NCBI GenBank assembly: GCA_000442015.1
Contig: KE561209.1
Location: 186,001-250,000 of the forward strand
Source of the DNA: Rozella allomycis CSF55
Taxonomy: Eukaryota
Direction of reading: 5' to 3'
DNA: 64,000 bases
Shown here: positions 1 to 16,398 of the stretch, in pieces
How positions within the stretch are numbered: the stretch's first letter is position 1
Layout of the letters: every line of letters begins with the position of its first letter
The notes under the pieces: generated by a model
What the model was told of the DNA's origin: nothing
What the model saw: the letters and a program-made list of their open reading frames with translations, nothing else
Database searches by the model: none
Translations under genes and position numbers: made by a program

Positions 1-880
1 AAATTCCAAAAAGAAGATTCGACATAATTGTTAGTTGGCATTTCTTCAAATCTAATTTTAATCCAAATATAATTATGTACCCAAGAACAAAAAAGATATT
101 TCGAAATTCTTCTCTAACTTTCATTAAGGGATGAAGATGACCACATTTAGGTGGAATACCCATAGCATTCAAATTGTATTCTTTAAATACGGCTGTTTTC
201 CATGACCCACTTTATTAAGTTGGATTTCCAAAATTACTCTGTAAGCATCTCACTTGTAAGATCCGTCGCATAGCTTGGGATTTCCAATGCAAATTTTTCT
301 CCCTTCTTTACAGAAAACCAAACAATCTTTTCTTTGTCAACGAGTTTTCTTTTCTTTAGATCATTCAAAGTTTTCTCATTATCTAAGGTTCCAGTTTTTT
401 CAATTTGTTCTAAATCAAGTCTTGTTTGATCGACAATTTCATTTGCAATAGCTTTTAAAGTATCTCCATCTTTCTTGATCCACTTATTTTGAAATGCCTT
501 TCCTTGTCCAAACTTTGCTGCAGGTCCAACAACATTCTATTCATAATAATGTCATTTTATACCTGCAACTCGGCTATTTTTAAACCATCAAGACTAGCCA
601 AAACTGCGTTGAACACTTGTGCTTCGTGACTTCCCTTTGAAACAATTTCTTTTCCTTCATCAGTTAATTTCCATATCTGTTCTTCATGAGCTTCATATTC
701 TATCATCTATTTAAAAATTCTTAAAAATAATACTCCGTGAACTAGCAAGGATTTAATAGCACCAAGAAAAACTTGTGAATCAACAGAATTTCCCATGTGC
801 TTAAACAAAGAAGAATTAGATATCTCTCCTTGCTTGTCTAAATGCTGCAAAATACAGTGTGGTAAACTTTCCATAGTCAT
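1..880 (-). CDS. FARSA: Phenylalanyl-tRNA synthetase alpha subunit (5' part; runs off window start)
   Basis: Spliced minus-strand frame gives [38 protein letters not shown]; four GT-AG introns of 26-29 nt; start 880 or 874. Confidence 0.93.
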
Positions 881-972
881 ACTGTGGCTTCGAAGGAAAA
901 AATTAGTTGGAAAATTCAGGAAATAGATTTAAACCACTTTAACTTATTAAAAAAAGAAAGAAGGAAAAAGAT

Positions 973-2429
973 TTATGAACAAGATTTTAGTCTATCACGA
1001 ACTATTAATTCATGTATATTATCAATGGCTTCTTTAGCGCTTGATTTGTACATGACAAAATGACCTTGTATTTGTGCTGGAGATAATGTCTCATTTTCTA
1101 CTAATGAAAGAAATCGTTCACAGAGGTCAGAATCTTCAGGATAGAATCGGTTAAACATTTTAGCTTTTTGACTCGCACTCGCTAAGCCAATGTATTGTTT
1201 AACATCCACTCTGCCAGGACGTATTAACGCAGGATCTAATTTATTGTAGTGATTTGTAGTCATAAAAATAATTCTTTCTTCAGATGCAGTGACTCCATCA
1301 AGGGCATTCAAAAGACCACTGAATGAAACGTGCGTTGTAACCCTATGTATTGAAATACCCCCTTCTTACTGTCCTTTAGCTTTCCTATTCTCATCAAATG
1401 CTGCGTCAATATCTTCTAACAATAGTATACTTCTTTCAGGTGCATTACTGAGCAAATGATTAAATCGATCATCTGTCATAACACCCTCTCCAAGGTNGGC
1501 TGCGTCAATATCTTCTAACAATATTATACTTCTTTCAGGTGCATGACTGAGCAAATGATTAAATCGATCATCTGTCATAACACCCTCTCCAAGGTTAATG
1601 ATGCAAATATTGTAATCTAATGACCCCGCCAACGCTTGAATGAATGAACTCTTTCCAGTACCTGATTTTATATTATATTATTTTATACCTGGATCACCAT
1701 ATAGTAAATATCCTCTTCTATACGGAATTCCTTTTGCCAATACATTATTCAGTTACCTCGATCTTGATACCATTTTCCGTTGCTTCTAAAATCTTGGACA
1801 TCGTTTAATATCATATCTGATATCCCATCATCTAATACTACTGATTCTAGTGGTCTTTTTCGCCGTGGTTGTCCAAATTGTCGCCACTCTGATCCCCAGC
1901 TTGTATATATGATAGTCTTCCCTTCATTTGATTTCAAAGCATTTTCTTTTGCTTCGATTAATAAATTTATAAAATAAGATTTATCACGACCAATAGTAGT
2001 CAATAGTACATTCTCGAAAGGAACTCCAGAATTCACGTCCATAATCTGACCTTCTCGTTTTCGTTCAATCTATGAATATTGAAGAATTTTAGTTACTTTT
2101 AGCCATCTTCCGTTCCATTTAAGATAATGAACACCCGGACTAGGAATCATGGCAAATCCTATCTTTTTAGAGTCGCGTTCACTTGACACAACAGTTTTAA
2201 CGCTCAATTGTTGGGTCTTTTTACTGTTATATGTAAGCCAATTTAAAACCCATGTGTAGCTTGGATCTTTTGACGGAATTTCCAACTTCATGATACAATA
2301 TTGTTGTAAGAAAAATGAAGAGCGTACAACTAAATTTCTGGCAACAGAAAGGCCAGTTCCGACACCAATTAATCCAAATCCAGCTGAAAAGTAGGGGTTT
2401 TGGGCAAATAACTCTAAAAGAGTTTCCAT
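973..2429 (-). CDS. BCS1: Mitochondrial AAA chaperone BCS1
   Basis: [15 protein letters not shown]-terminus, [20 protein letters not shown] Walker A, LLEDID Walker [12 protein letters not shown]; internal duplication around N at 1497 is an assembly artefact. Confidence 0.95.
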
Positions 2430-2566
2430 TAAATTGAGTGGCGTAGGGTTTGGAAGAACCAGACAATTGTTTTCACTGAAATATTATATCTCATTGATTG
2501 TTAATACTTAATAGAAAGTCAAAATAATTGCTATAGTCTTGGATTGTTTACTTAAAGTCAAACGTC

Positions 2567-5181
2567 ATGAACACTTATTTAATTGCTGCAAGCCTATTCT
2601 TTATGGTCATAAAGTTGATTTCCTGTGAATTATGCAAAAATGGCGAGCCAGTACATCTAACAAATCGAACGGGGTGGATTACAGATGGGAGTGATTTTTC
2701 TTATGATCCAAATAGTTACTGCATATGGGTACTTGACATTCAAAATCTTACACGCAATGACATCATATTTATTAATTTTGTAGCTTTGGATCTTGAAACA
2801 ATATACCATGATGATCAACCTAATGAATATTTTGATTTTGTAACCATATATAATGGGACTTTGGGGAATATTGATGAAATATCTTTGTATGGCCAGGTGT
2901 TAGATGTTATTAATGGCACTGATCCTTATAGAATATTCAATTATACGAATGTAGACACGCTAACACTCATATTTACCAGTGACGCTACGTATGAATTTGG
3001 AGGATTTGTCGCAGTTTACTGGACACAAAATGATGTCATACCATCTTTATGCCCGACCAATTGTAATAGTAGAGGTAATTGTACGAGTAATGGTTGTGTT
3101 TGTGAATTCGGATACAGCGGCGGTGATTGTAAAAATGACGATATGTATAATCTTTACAAAATCTATAATGAATGCAATGGTCCTTATTGGATAAACAATA
3201 ATCTTTGGTTTAATTCTACAATCGATAAAGTTGATAGCGCCACTTGGTGGTATGGAATAACTTCATACTCAAATCATATTTATCAAATACAGTTAGATGG
3301 GAATAATTTGACGTGTAGTCCTGACTTTAACATTTGGAGCTACATTCCGATCTTTGTTGACTATTTAGACTTGTCTAATAACAATCTTAATACATCGCTA
3401 CCATTAGTGTTCAATGTGACACAAATTTCATCTATTAAATTAACAAACACTTCATTATATGGAGAAATCCCTGCATCTTTCGGTACATTGTCGTCGTTAA
3501 CTAATCTCGTTCTTAATAACAATTATCTTGAAGGATCGATACCAGACAGTTTATCAAGACTTAGTAAATTGTATATATTGAATTTGGAGAATAATCTTCT
3601 TGAAGGGTTTATTCCAGATGGCTTTCAGAATGCCGCTTTCGAATCCATTTTCGTTGCTGGAAACAATATGTGGTGTCCTGGGCCTCAATGGACTTCACTG
3701 GGTTCGTTAACGTGTGTGGACATTGTTGTAAATTCAATAAAGCCCTCGATAGGTAGTAGCTCCGGCGGAATGAAATTATCTATAGACGGGGAGAATATTC
3801 TTCAAAAAACTCACTTGAGTTGCGTGTTTGATGTAACTAAATCCAATTACACGTGGTATAATTCTACTGAACGATCATTACAGTGTATCCTCCCTGAACT
3901 GTCACCAGGGTTAAAATCATTTTATCTGTCAAATTATAATGAAAAGCGAAGTTCCTTTAATAACGTATCGTATTTTATTTACAATGATTGTCCAAAGAAT
4001 ACCTATTTAAATGATGACACGCTTGTTGATTGTATAGCCTGCCCTACTAATGCAATTTGCTTGGGAGGAAATAATTCACCATTGCCAATTCCAGGCTACA
4101 CGATTTCAAAAAATAAAAATATGTTTCTCAAGTGCCCATTCCCTGAAAGTTGCCCGGGATTTACCGTTGAATGTTCAAACTACAGGAAAGGAGAGAGATG
4201 TACTCAATGCATCGATGGATTTTTTCATTTTGGATGGCAATGCATGGAGTGTTCCAATACCACAAAATACATGCTGCTTGCTTGGTATTTTGTCTCTTTA
4301 ACTTTACCTCTATTACTTGTTCTCATCTTTTTGTATTTAAACATAAATTTAGATAGCCTAAAAATTAGTTTTAAGACTTTAGGCTTGATTGGACTTTTTG
4401 TATACTATCCAACTGGGAATGGTTATGTATTTTCAATAATGATAAACTTCTTTTCAATCTTCAGCGGCAATCCGAATATGCTAGGATTGAATTGTTTTTG
4501 GAAAGATTCCACATTGAGCCACCAAAGCATCATTCTTTTCATTTGTCCATTGAGCATTGCTTTTCTTTTCTGGATTGCGTCTAGAGGCTTAAAGACACGA
4601 ATTCGACCTTCCGATGCTGTCATAGAATATTTAAAGTTAAATTTCATATTAATGATAAATTCTTCTGCTCTCACATCTTCATTTCTAATGGACGGTAAGT
4701 CACATTATATTCTTGTCATTTAGAAAATGGGTCATTCTATCGATATAGCCCATCTGAAAGCGGAGGTGTCAATTATTTCATGTTGCTTGTTTCGATTGTG
4801 TATTCTTTATTAATTTTCCCATTCTTTGTAGCCAAACATAATCAATTTCTCAAGAAGAAGGTTGTGTACTATGAAAGTTTTGATTTCATTTGGATTGCAT
4901 TATTCATATTTGTAAGCCTAAGGTTGTGTAACACGCCCATGTTTGGTTCTTTTATTTGTCTATTGATGATGGGAGTGAATTCGTACATAAAATCCCAATG
5001 GCCTCTTCCTGGTAAGAGTTCCCAAAATGATATCACATTACTAAGACTCTTGGCATTTCATTGTCTATTTCTTGTATTTGAACAGTACCTAGACTCAAAG
5101 AACATCGCATCATGGTTATATTTTGCCGGTCTGGTGATTACATTAATTTCGATCAACGTTAAAAGTATACATTGTAAATAA
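2567..5181 (+). CDS. Receptor-like membrane protein: signal peptide, CUB, EGF, LRR, IPT/TIG, Cys-rich repeats, multiple TM helices
   Basis: CUB-like C...GWITDG..Y..NSYCIW...FTSD...GGF; EGF CPTNCNSRGNC...CVCEFGYSGGDC; plant-type LRRs LxGxIP; IKPSIGSSSGG IPT start; hydrophobic C-terminus; one intron at ~4695-4723. Confidence 0.75.
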
Positions 5182-5316
5182 ATCATTGTTCAAAGTATTT
5201 ATGCTTCATTTGAATATCTTCATACCATGGGAAATCTCCAGAAATATGGTATCAGTGATTTCTGATCTATTTTTAACCATCAGTAATTTTCCATCTACCA
5301 AAAAAACCTAGTTGTA

Positions 5317-6599
5317 ATGGCCAACTTGCAAGACATGGAATATTGGATTCAAAAATGTTCTATTTGTTTCGACGCTAAACTAGATTTTTGCGTTCACAGC
5401 TGCAGGGATCAATTTTGCAAAATGTGTTTTGACAAGTACCATGACTTTATACATAACACAGATATGTCGCTGAATTAGTTTCCCATGCATGGGGACTGTC
5501 ATCATTACATGTGAAATGCCCAGTGTGTGCTATTGAAATCTCATACAGCGAATGGAAAAACGTATTCTATTTGATTCGCATAAAAATAGTACGTTAACAA
5601 AGAGACCATTGAGAAATACGAGAAATTTAATCGACCTTTTCCTGTATTTTCAAGGTTCTGTGTTCATTGCGACGAAGAGAATTTGGCAGTGTGCCAGCCG
5701 GACTTGAATAAGCAAATTACAATAGAGTACATTTTAATCAAACATAAAATCAGGGACTTTGACTCTATTTATGACAAAATGCAACTTTGTGGGTACTTTG
5801 ATGATGCTTTCATGAAGGCATTTAAAAGTGAATACAAGCGCTACGTGTACGAGGGAATGGGATCAATGGAAAATATATATCACACCTTTATAAGTGCATA
5901 CAGTCAATTCGAATCTAATTACAACAATCCGGATTCACCTCAACTCCCATCTCTCACTGAAGATAGCGGAGAAGGAAGTAGTACCGCGCCAAGAAAACGA
6001 AGACGTACGAGATCTTCATTAGGCCCAAGATACAATGTGTCCCAGATTTCATCTGAATTAGTCGCCTTAGAAAAATCACCTGAGCTTTGGAAGGAACTTC
6101 AATTTTTGCATCTCTCCACCTTTCCTCAAACAAAATGCAAAAAGTGTGATAGAGCAATTTGCTTTAAATGTGGAGAAAGTACATGGCATAAAGGCATCGC
6201 ATGTGAACTATATTTAAAAAAGAGAATCATTCAAGCAAAGGGTAGTTCCGGAACTTTGGCTACATTGAAGTGGAAGCTAGCACATAGTCGGCCTTGTCCC
6301 AACTGTCACATATTTATCAACCGGGATGAAGGTTGTAACAAAATTGATTGCTCGCACTGTGGATTTCAGGTAGACAATTTAAATCTATATTTTAGTTTTG
6401 CTGGGTTTGTTGCAAGAAATGGTCTGAGGATTGTGGATTCTACAGATGCTCAGGATCTGACGCTGCAAGTTTTATGACAGATTCAAAGGCTGCATCTACG
6501 GGAGAAAAAACGCCGAAATTTACAGTAGAAGATGAGTCTAGACCAGAATCAGGGGTGCCAGATGTTGCAGCTATACTTTCCAGACTAAAAGCAAAGTAA
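5317..6599 (+). CDS. RBR (RING-IBR-RING) E3 ubiquitin ligase
   Basis: CSICFD..CRDQFCKMC RING1, CKKC..ICFKC..WH IBR, RPCPNCHIFINRDEGCNKIDCSHCGFQFCWVC RING2 after splicing. Confidence 0.85.
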
Positions 6600-6682
6600 T
6601 TACAATAATTGCAATGTTTTTACAATATAAATAAAATAACAGCATAAAGTTTTAAATAATCGAATTTTCCTATTTTTGAAAA

Positions 6683-8959
6683 ATGACTGAAGGCAGTTTA
6701 GAAGCCGATCGTGAGCAAGTTTTGTTAACAAAGACGAAAATATTAACGTAATAAACGTGAAAAAATATAAGTAGTTGGCTGTATGAGAAACACCAAGTTT
6801 TGATGAATCATCTGTCGTATATGGAAAAGCTGGGTACTGTTATGGATTATGATCCAATGATTGAAAATGATGGAGTTCAAACTGAGCTTAAGCTTCCAGA
6901 GTAATAATTTGCATATTATTTGACTAGTATATGTGCCAAATATCAAGCAAAAGTACAAGAAAAACTATTTCTGTGAACTAGGTTTATGATGAAGAAGAGA
7001 AAAAGAAATATAAAAAACTTATTAAATACCCTCCAAATTTTGAAAGAATTCCACAGCCTGAACCGCAAATTACCTCCGATGGCATCTATGAGTTCTTTTT
7101 GCAGTTGAAGTATTTTCCTCTCTATAAGTATTTGCAAACATCACATAAAATTATAACTTCTAAAGATTGGCAAGTAATTATCAACTGTGTAGCGCATAGA
7201 TTGCTGCTAAGGAACTTCGAGCTTTCAAGGTTCTCGAGAGCATTGAAGAACTAAAGAGTATGAACATGTGGTCTTCAAGGCAAATGAAAAAGCAAATTAT
7301 GCCTCAACGACATAAAGCAAAGTGGGATTACTTGCTGGAAGAAATGGAATGGATGAGTGTTGATTTTCAACAAGAAAGAAAGTGGAAGAAATGTTTGGCT
7401 AAAAAGTGCGCCTTGATGATTGAAGAATATTTTTCCAACAAAAACAAAGCAGCCTCAAATGAAGCCAATAAAGAGATGAAAGAACCAAAATTATTTTACG
7501 AACAACCCCTGGATGTTGACGAATTGCTGGACAACGAAGACATCAGCATTTACGGTCCACCTGATTATGAAAATGATAAATTTGAAGATGAAAATGAAAA
7601 TCTACCGATTGTGCCTCTTTATAAATGGCAACTTCAAGACATGTTTGTAGGGCATCCTGCTGTAAATGATGACACAGAAGACCACGTTGAAATATCTGAA
7701 AAAGCTGAAAAGGAAAACATAGATAGTATGATTTTATTACTTAATTGAATTTAGATTTATTTTATTCCCCAGAAGAAATAGAAGCACAAGAAGGTGAGCA
7801 GTCCACGCCTATTGAATCAACAGCTGAATGGACTGTAGAAGAAGACGATCTTTTAATTACTTATGCAGAAGAATTGTCCTTTAATTGGACCCTCTTAGCA
7901 GAATTAATAAACTCGTCTGCCAAATTCACTGTGAAAAAATCAGAAATAGACATTCAATATAGATACGCTGCATTAGAAAGTGTAGATTCCTCTACACAAA
8001 ATACGCAACATTCTACTTCGATAACCCCTATAGAAAGCTCTTCCAAATATGACCTTAAAATACGAAAAAATCTTCAAATGAGAGGCAAGCTTTTGCAACA
8101 GGAAGCCAAGAAACGTGAAACATCAATTATTTCGTTTTTTGAATCTGTAAAAAAGTTGTCATCAAAACATCGTCCCGCCAAAAGTAACAATTTGAAATTT
8201 CATAAATAAGCCACTACTAAGAAGACAACACTAAGTGCTCATCCATCTCATGATGGAACATTAAAGAAATTAGGAATACCAACTACCAGAATTTCAACAC
8301 CATCAGAGCTAGCGATGAAAAGACTACAAAGAGCTCGAACAATTCAAGAACATGGAATGGTAATTACTTCTATTTTCATTAAAAGATGATGCGTCCACCA
8401 GGAGCTCCGCATGGCCCAGGTGGTCCATTACCACCAAGATCTACAGGCCCTAATAATAATGGGGGACCAATGCCAAGACCAGTGCCACAAGGTGGACCAC
8501 CATCAACAGCTCCGACAACAGCAAATAATGGAATTCCAAATCGTCCAAACATGAGACCGTCACCTATGGGGCAATCACCGGTAATTTCAAAAGAGGGTCA
8601 GCCAACACAACCAATGATCCAGCCTCCAGCACAAGGATTACAACAGCCCTTAATGCAAATGAGTGGTAATCCAGCACAGAACGCAAAGATGCAACAACTT
8701 AACTTTATGGCACAGATTAGAAATCAACTAGCGCGAACAGCATTCATGATGGGGCCTACAGGCCAATTACTTCCAACAGGTACGTATTATGTTTGGATTT
8801 TTATAAGCTTATGCAGGTTTAATGCAAATGAATCAAGGTGTAATGCCGCAACCTGCGACCAGCACCACTCCCCTCATGACTCCACCTCAACATATTAACC
8901 AAGCGCCAGTCAAACGATCTGGCACTCCTCAGTCTAATCAAAACAAAAAGAAAAAATAA
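6683..8959 (+). CDS. EAF1: NuA4 scaffold Eaf1/Vid21-like (HSA + SANT/Myb, Q/P-rich tail)
   Basis: HSA motif KWDYLLEEMEWMSVDFQQERKWK; SANT WTVEEDDLL...FNWTLL; AHPSH motif. Confidence 0.85.
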
Positions 8960-8999
8960 AATAAATATTTCAAGATTAAAATGGTTCATTTTCCTGTAT

Positions 9000-9854
<855 letters not shown>

Positions 9855-10032
9855 TGAAATTGGATGACCCTGGTCCAAACACAACAATCTGAACTTGTAC
9901 ACTGAACATATGATCTATCAAAATGGCATGTTTAAATAACGATAATAGCAATATGAAAAAAATTATGTGAAAAAAAGAAAATGAGTGTTTTGGTGGTATT
10001 GCTAAAAAGGGAATAAAGGATATAAAGGGGAT

Positions 10033-12502
<2,470 letters not shown>

Positions 12503-12612
12503 TTAAAAGAAATTTCAAAATAACGGCACCAGGGTACCACCTCCCAACTGTACAAAACAAAACAACAATGTTAAAATATTGAAAGAAAATTTGAAAATAA
12601 ATATAAAAAGAT

Positions 12613-14013
12613 TTATTGATGATCAATCCACTTCATATTGCCAACTAAAATATATGGCTTTGGTAGTTTGCCATAGCATGGTACCAACAATGTCATTCTT
12701 TGCTTTGCATCATCTATTTCAGTACTATATTTTTTTTAAAAAATAACAATTACACACACATGTATCCAAACACATTTGAAATTGCAATCGCCTCTTCGTC
12801 TTCAGTCTGCTCGCAAGCTGAAAGCGCTAGAATCATATGATTCATCGCGGAGCTTGGCTCGACATCAACAACCCGGATATCATCCACTATTCTCGTAGCT
12901 CCAATAGGGAGCGCAGATGTTGGCGCAACAAATTCTTCACTAATCTTCTTCACACTAACATCTTTGTAATTCAAAATCAAAGAATATGGCGTAAATTCAT
13001 TATCGACTTTATAAAAATATCGATTTATTTGTCTCGACATCTCTTGGCGTCGGTAGATTACATCACGATCAATAACACCCCCAGATTTGGGGACCTTCAA
13101 AACTTCTACCCCTTCATTCTTATTTTTCTTTATAATCTCACTATAAAGTCTCTCATTTCCTAAAACTGCTACCACAGTCACTATTATTCCGTTAAACACC
13201 ATCATTACCTTGATACGCTTCAATTATATGTTGCAAAATCTCAAATCCAACACTGTCTGACCATTTTGGGGCAATTATGATCATTCCTGCATCCATCACT
13301 ATTTACATACCAAGTAATGTTTTACGAGCTTCGTCTTGCTCCAACTTTTTGTACAAAACAGTGGCCATTTTGGCAATAATTTTTTTATAAAGTCTCATAT
13401 TGGTGCTAATTGATGTTTGCCCATAAAAGTAACTAAGAGGCGTTGATGAGGGGCATCCTTCTTCAACATTGACAACTTTATCGAGAACGAAGGCATTCAT
13501 AGTTCCTGGGAAAAGTGTAGATCCCTAATTACAAAATAACTTTTATCATACGTTGGTAACATCAAGATCGATATATAACGGTGATCGTCCCATTCGGACA
13601 GCATAATTGGCAAGGATCTTGCTTGCTGTGTTTCTTCCTGAACCAATCAACAAAATCTATAATTATCATCATTGAATCGTCATACTCTTGGAGATTTCTT
13701 AAGCATTCTTCGTTGCTCCAGCGCTAGATGTAGATTATAGTATATTGGCATAGGTGTTTCCTCGCTGGTGTATTCCACAATCGTTTCACCAGTGATTTCA
13801 AGTGCAGCCCCATGGTACGTATAAACAGCAAGTTTAACACCATTAAAATTATACGGGATATCGATAGCCAGCTCTGTACCAAAGATTTCGGCCGTTCCCC
13901 TTTTCAGCACCAGCTGTAGGCTGGTATTGCTTTCGAAACGAAATTCACTGTGAGCCTTCAATTCGATGATACGAGTCTACTTATTCTTATTCTATGATCA
14001 TTACATCAGTCAT
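12613..14013 (-). CDS. CLP1: Clp1 (CF II subunit / polynucleotide kinase family)
   Basis: GTAEIFGTELA, AVYTYHGA, PKSGGV, APTSALPIGA. Confidence 0.92.
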
Positions 14014-14062
14014 TTATGTTTATTTTTGAACAAAAAACTTGCGAAATTTCAGAAAATATTTT

Positions 14063-14848
14063 TTATTCGTCAATTAAATATTCGCGCTTCAAATAAGCCC
14101 TCATTTGATGTGAAGCTAAATCTAATGGAGTTTTATCTTCGGAATTTTTTATGCTTACATTTGCGTCGTTTTCCATGAAAACAGACGCAATATCAACTCT
14201 CTCCTCTTCTACTGCCAAATGTCTATGCGTGAATTAAATTCATTAATATTACAGAGGTGTATTTTTTGAGTTATCAGTTCTATTAAGCAAGCTTTTATTT
14301 CTCTTCAACAATTCTTTGACTATTTTTAGAGTTCCTCTTGACGCAGCTCTGTGCAACGCATTTTGGCCACTCTTGTCAGTGAGTGTTGGATCTGCACCGC
14401 AGTCAAGAAGATATATTGTCACCTTAATATACGCGAACCAATTATTATACTTCTTCATGCTGTTTGGATATTGAGTACATTAAAGGTGTGCATCCAGCAT
14501 TATTTTTGGCATTTAAAGACACATCGCATTTCTCTAACAGCAACTGCACTATTTTGAGGTTTCCAATTGAAGCGGCAATGTGCAATGGAGTCCAACCAGA
14601 CTTTGGAATACCGAGATATTGATCTTACTTCATCAGGAACATCAACAGGACTTCCAGAGTTGATCAATAGTTGAACTATTTGATCACGACTTCCAGAGAC
14701 AGCGTGGTGTATAGGTAATCTCTGATCCTATATAGAACTCTAATGACTTAGTTACTTCATCAACTGATAATATTTGTTCCATTGATATCTGTTGGCCTTC
14801 TTCTATTTTACCCTCGAAACATGCTTCGTGAATTTTTAACTTTGTCAT
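14063..14848 (-). CDS. Ankyrin-repeat protein, gankyrin/Nas6 (PSMD10)-like
   Basis: DESGWTPLHIAAS, GCTPLMYS, GQNALHRAASRG, NTPLHLAVEEE repeats after splicing. Confidence 0.75.
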
Positions 14849-14923
14849 TGAAATTTCCAATTTTTCGCTTAGGTAAGAAATCAAATAGAGATTTTGACAA
14901 GTTTATATTAAAGGATTTTTCAA

Positions 14924-16178
14924 ATGAATAGCACAACAGGATTAAATGATAATATGAGACAAACTTTGTTTCTGGCTTTAGAAGCTCTTGTGGATAACGA
15001 CAATTTGATACCAAACATAAATATCAGGAAAAAATCGAGTTTGCTATACCCTTTAATGACTGAAAATTCAGCGAAAACTATTACATCTACTACAAAGAGA
15101 AGGAGAGATACGACACCGACGTCCCCCTTTTTGAGTCAAGACTTTAAGGCTTTGAAAATTTCACCCTCTTTTGAAATGGACAGGCGTAAAGCTGAAGATG
15201 AAGATCCCACTGAAGAGTTAACTATCGAGTCTATGATAAACACCCAAAAGTCTCGTTCTTTATTAAAGTCACCAATATCACGACGCAAGAACGAATCTGC
15301 AAACCGAACCCGACCGGAAAATCAGTTCACTGTTAATTCGATTATGGATTCTCCTCCTCTCTCTTCTGTCTTACTTACTGAACAAATAGATTTGATAGAT
15401 AACTCCTTTTCCATAACAGATTCAGATATTCAACATTTTGAAAACGTTGTATCAAAGCCGTACCCTTTTTCTGAAAACATAGACATGGATGTCAACGAAA
15501 TACTTCAATTTTCACATAATCATAGCGCGATTTTTGAATTTGCGTTAAGCACGAACAATCCTTCTCACGAAAAAGTTATCCGTTGGGTCAACGCTACGTG
15601 GCTTTCGTGCATTGATAGAATTAAATCTTCAACATCACAAAACTTTTCTGCTTTTAGTGAAAAAGAAATAGTTATGGCTTTAATGGAGGATATTAGCAAC
15701 AAAGTTGTGCGATACAATTCGTCATTGTACACTGATTCATTACTCATTAAGATTCTAGAGCTGACAGTTTTCCACTTGCAGAAAGTTTCGATTGAATATT
15801 CTGAAACTATTAAAAAACAGTCTAAAAGTAAAATTATGGAATACTTCCAACAATATTTTGAAGTACCTTTCCTTTGTTAAGCCAATATTGCATCAGGCTG
15901 AAAGATTCGATTCTCAAATGATCAATTTACTATCATCTATTGGTGGATTACTTCTTGACGTCGGGTTGACCCTTTGTGAACATATAGTTAACCAAACTAC
16001 AGCAAAAGGTTCTACGGTTACTAGAACAATCCCTTTCCTTACACAATGGGTAATCTTTGCATTTCGTTTCGCATATAAATGTATTACTTTTTTCGGCTCT
16101 GAAAGAGAAACAGAGATGAAAATGCAGCTGTTACTTGCCAAACTTCAATCTAAATTGAAAAGGTCAGACTTGCTTTAG
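14924..16178 (+). CDS. Hypothetical protein (S/P-rich N-terminus, helical C-terminus)
   Basis: 318-aa ORF joined to a second ORF via GT donor at ~15863. Confidence 0.6.
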
Positions 16179-16398
16179 AGACCAACAAGAATTAATTGAC
16201 TATTTTATTTTAAAAATATTAATAATTGTAATAAATATATTCATCTTGACCACTAAATTTAATCAAAAACATTTGACTTCATTCGAGTGGATAAATTAAC
16301 TATTATTCATAAGCGTCGGAGTTGACTTAAATCACGATTACCATTTGATTTCATAGCCTTTTAATTTTTACCCACAAATTTCCTAATCTAGCAATATT

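Noticed and set aside
1399-1596. Tandem duplication of the BCS1 Walker B region
   Set aside because: Copies abut an N and would break the AAA domain; typical scaffolding overlap
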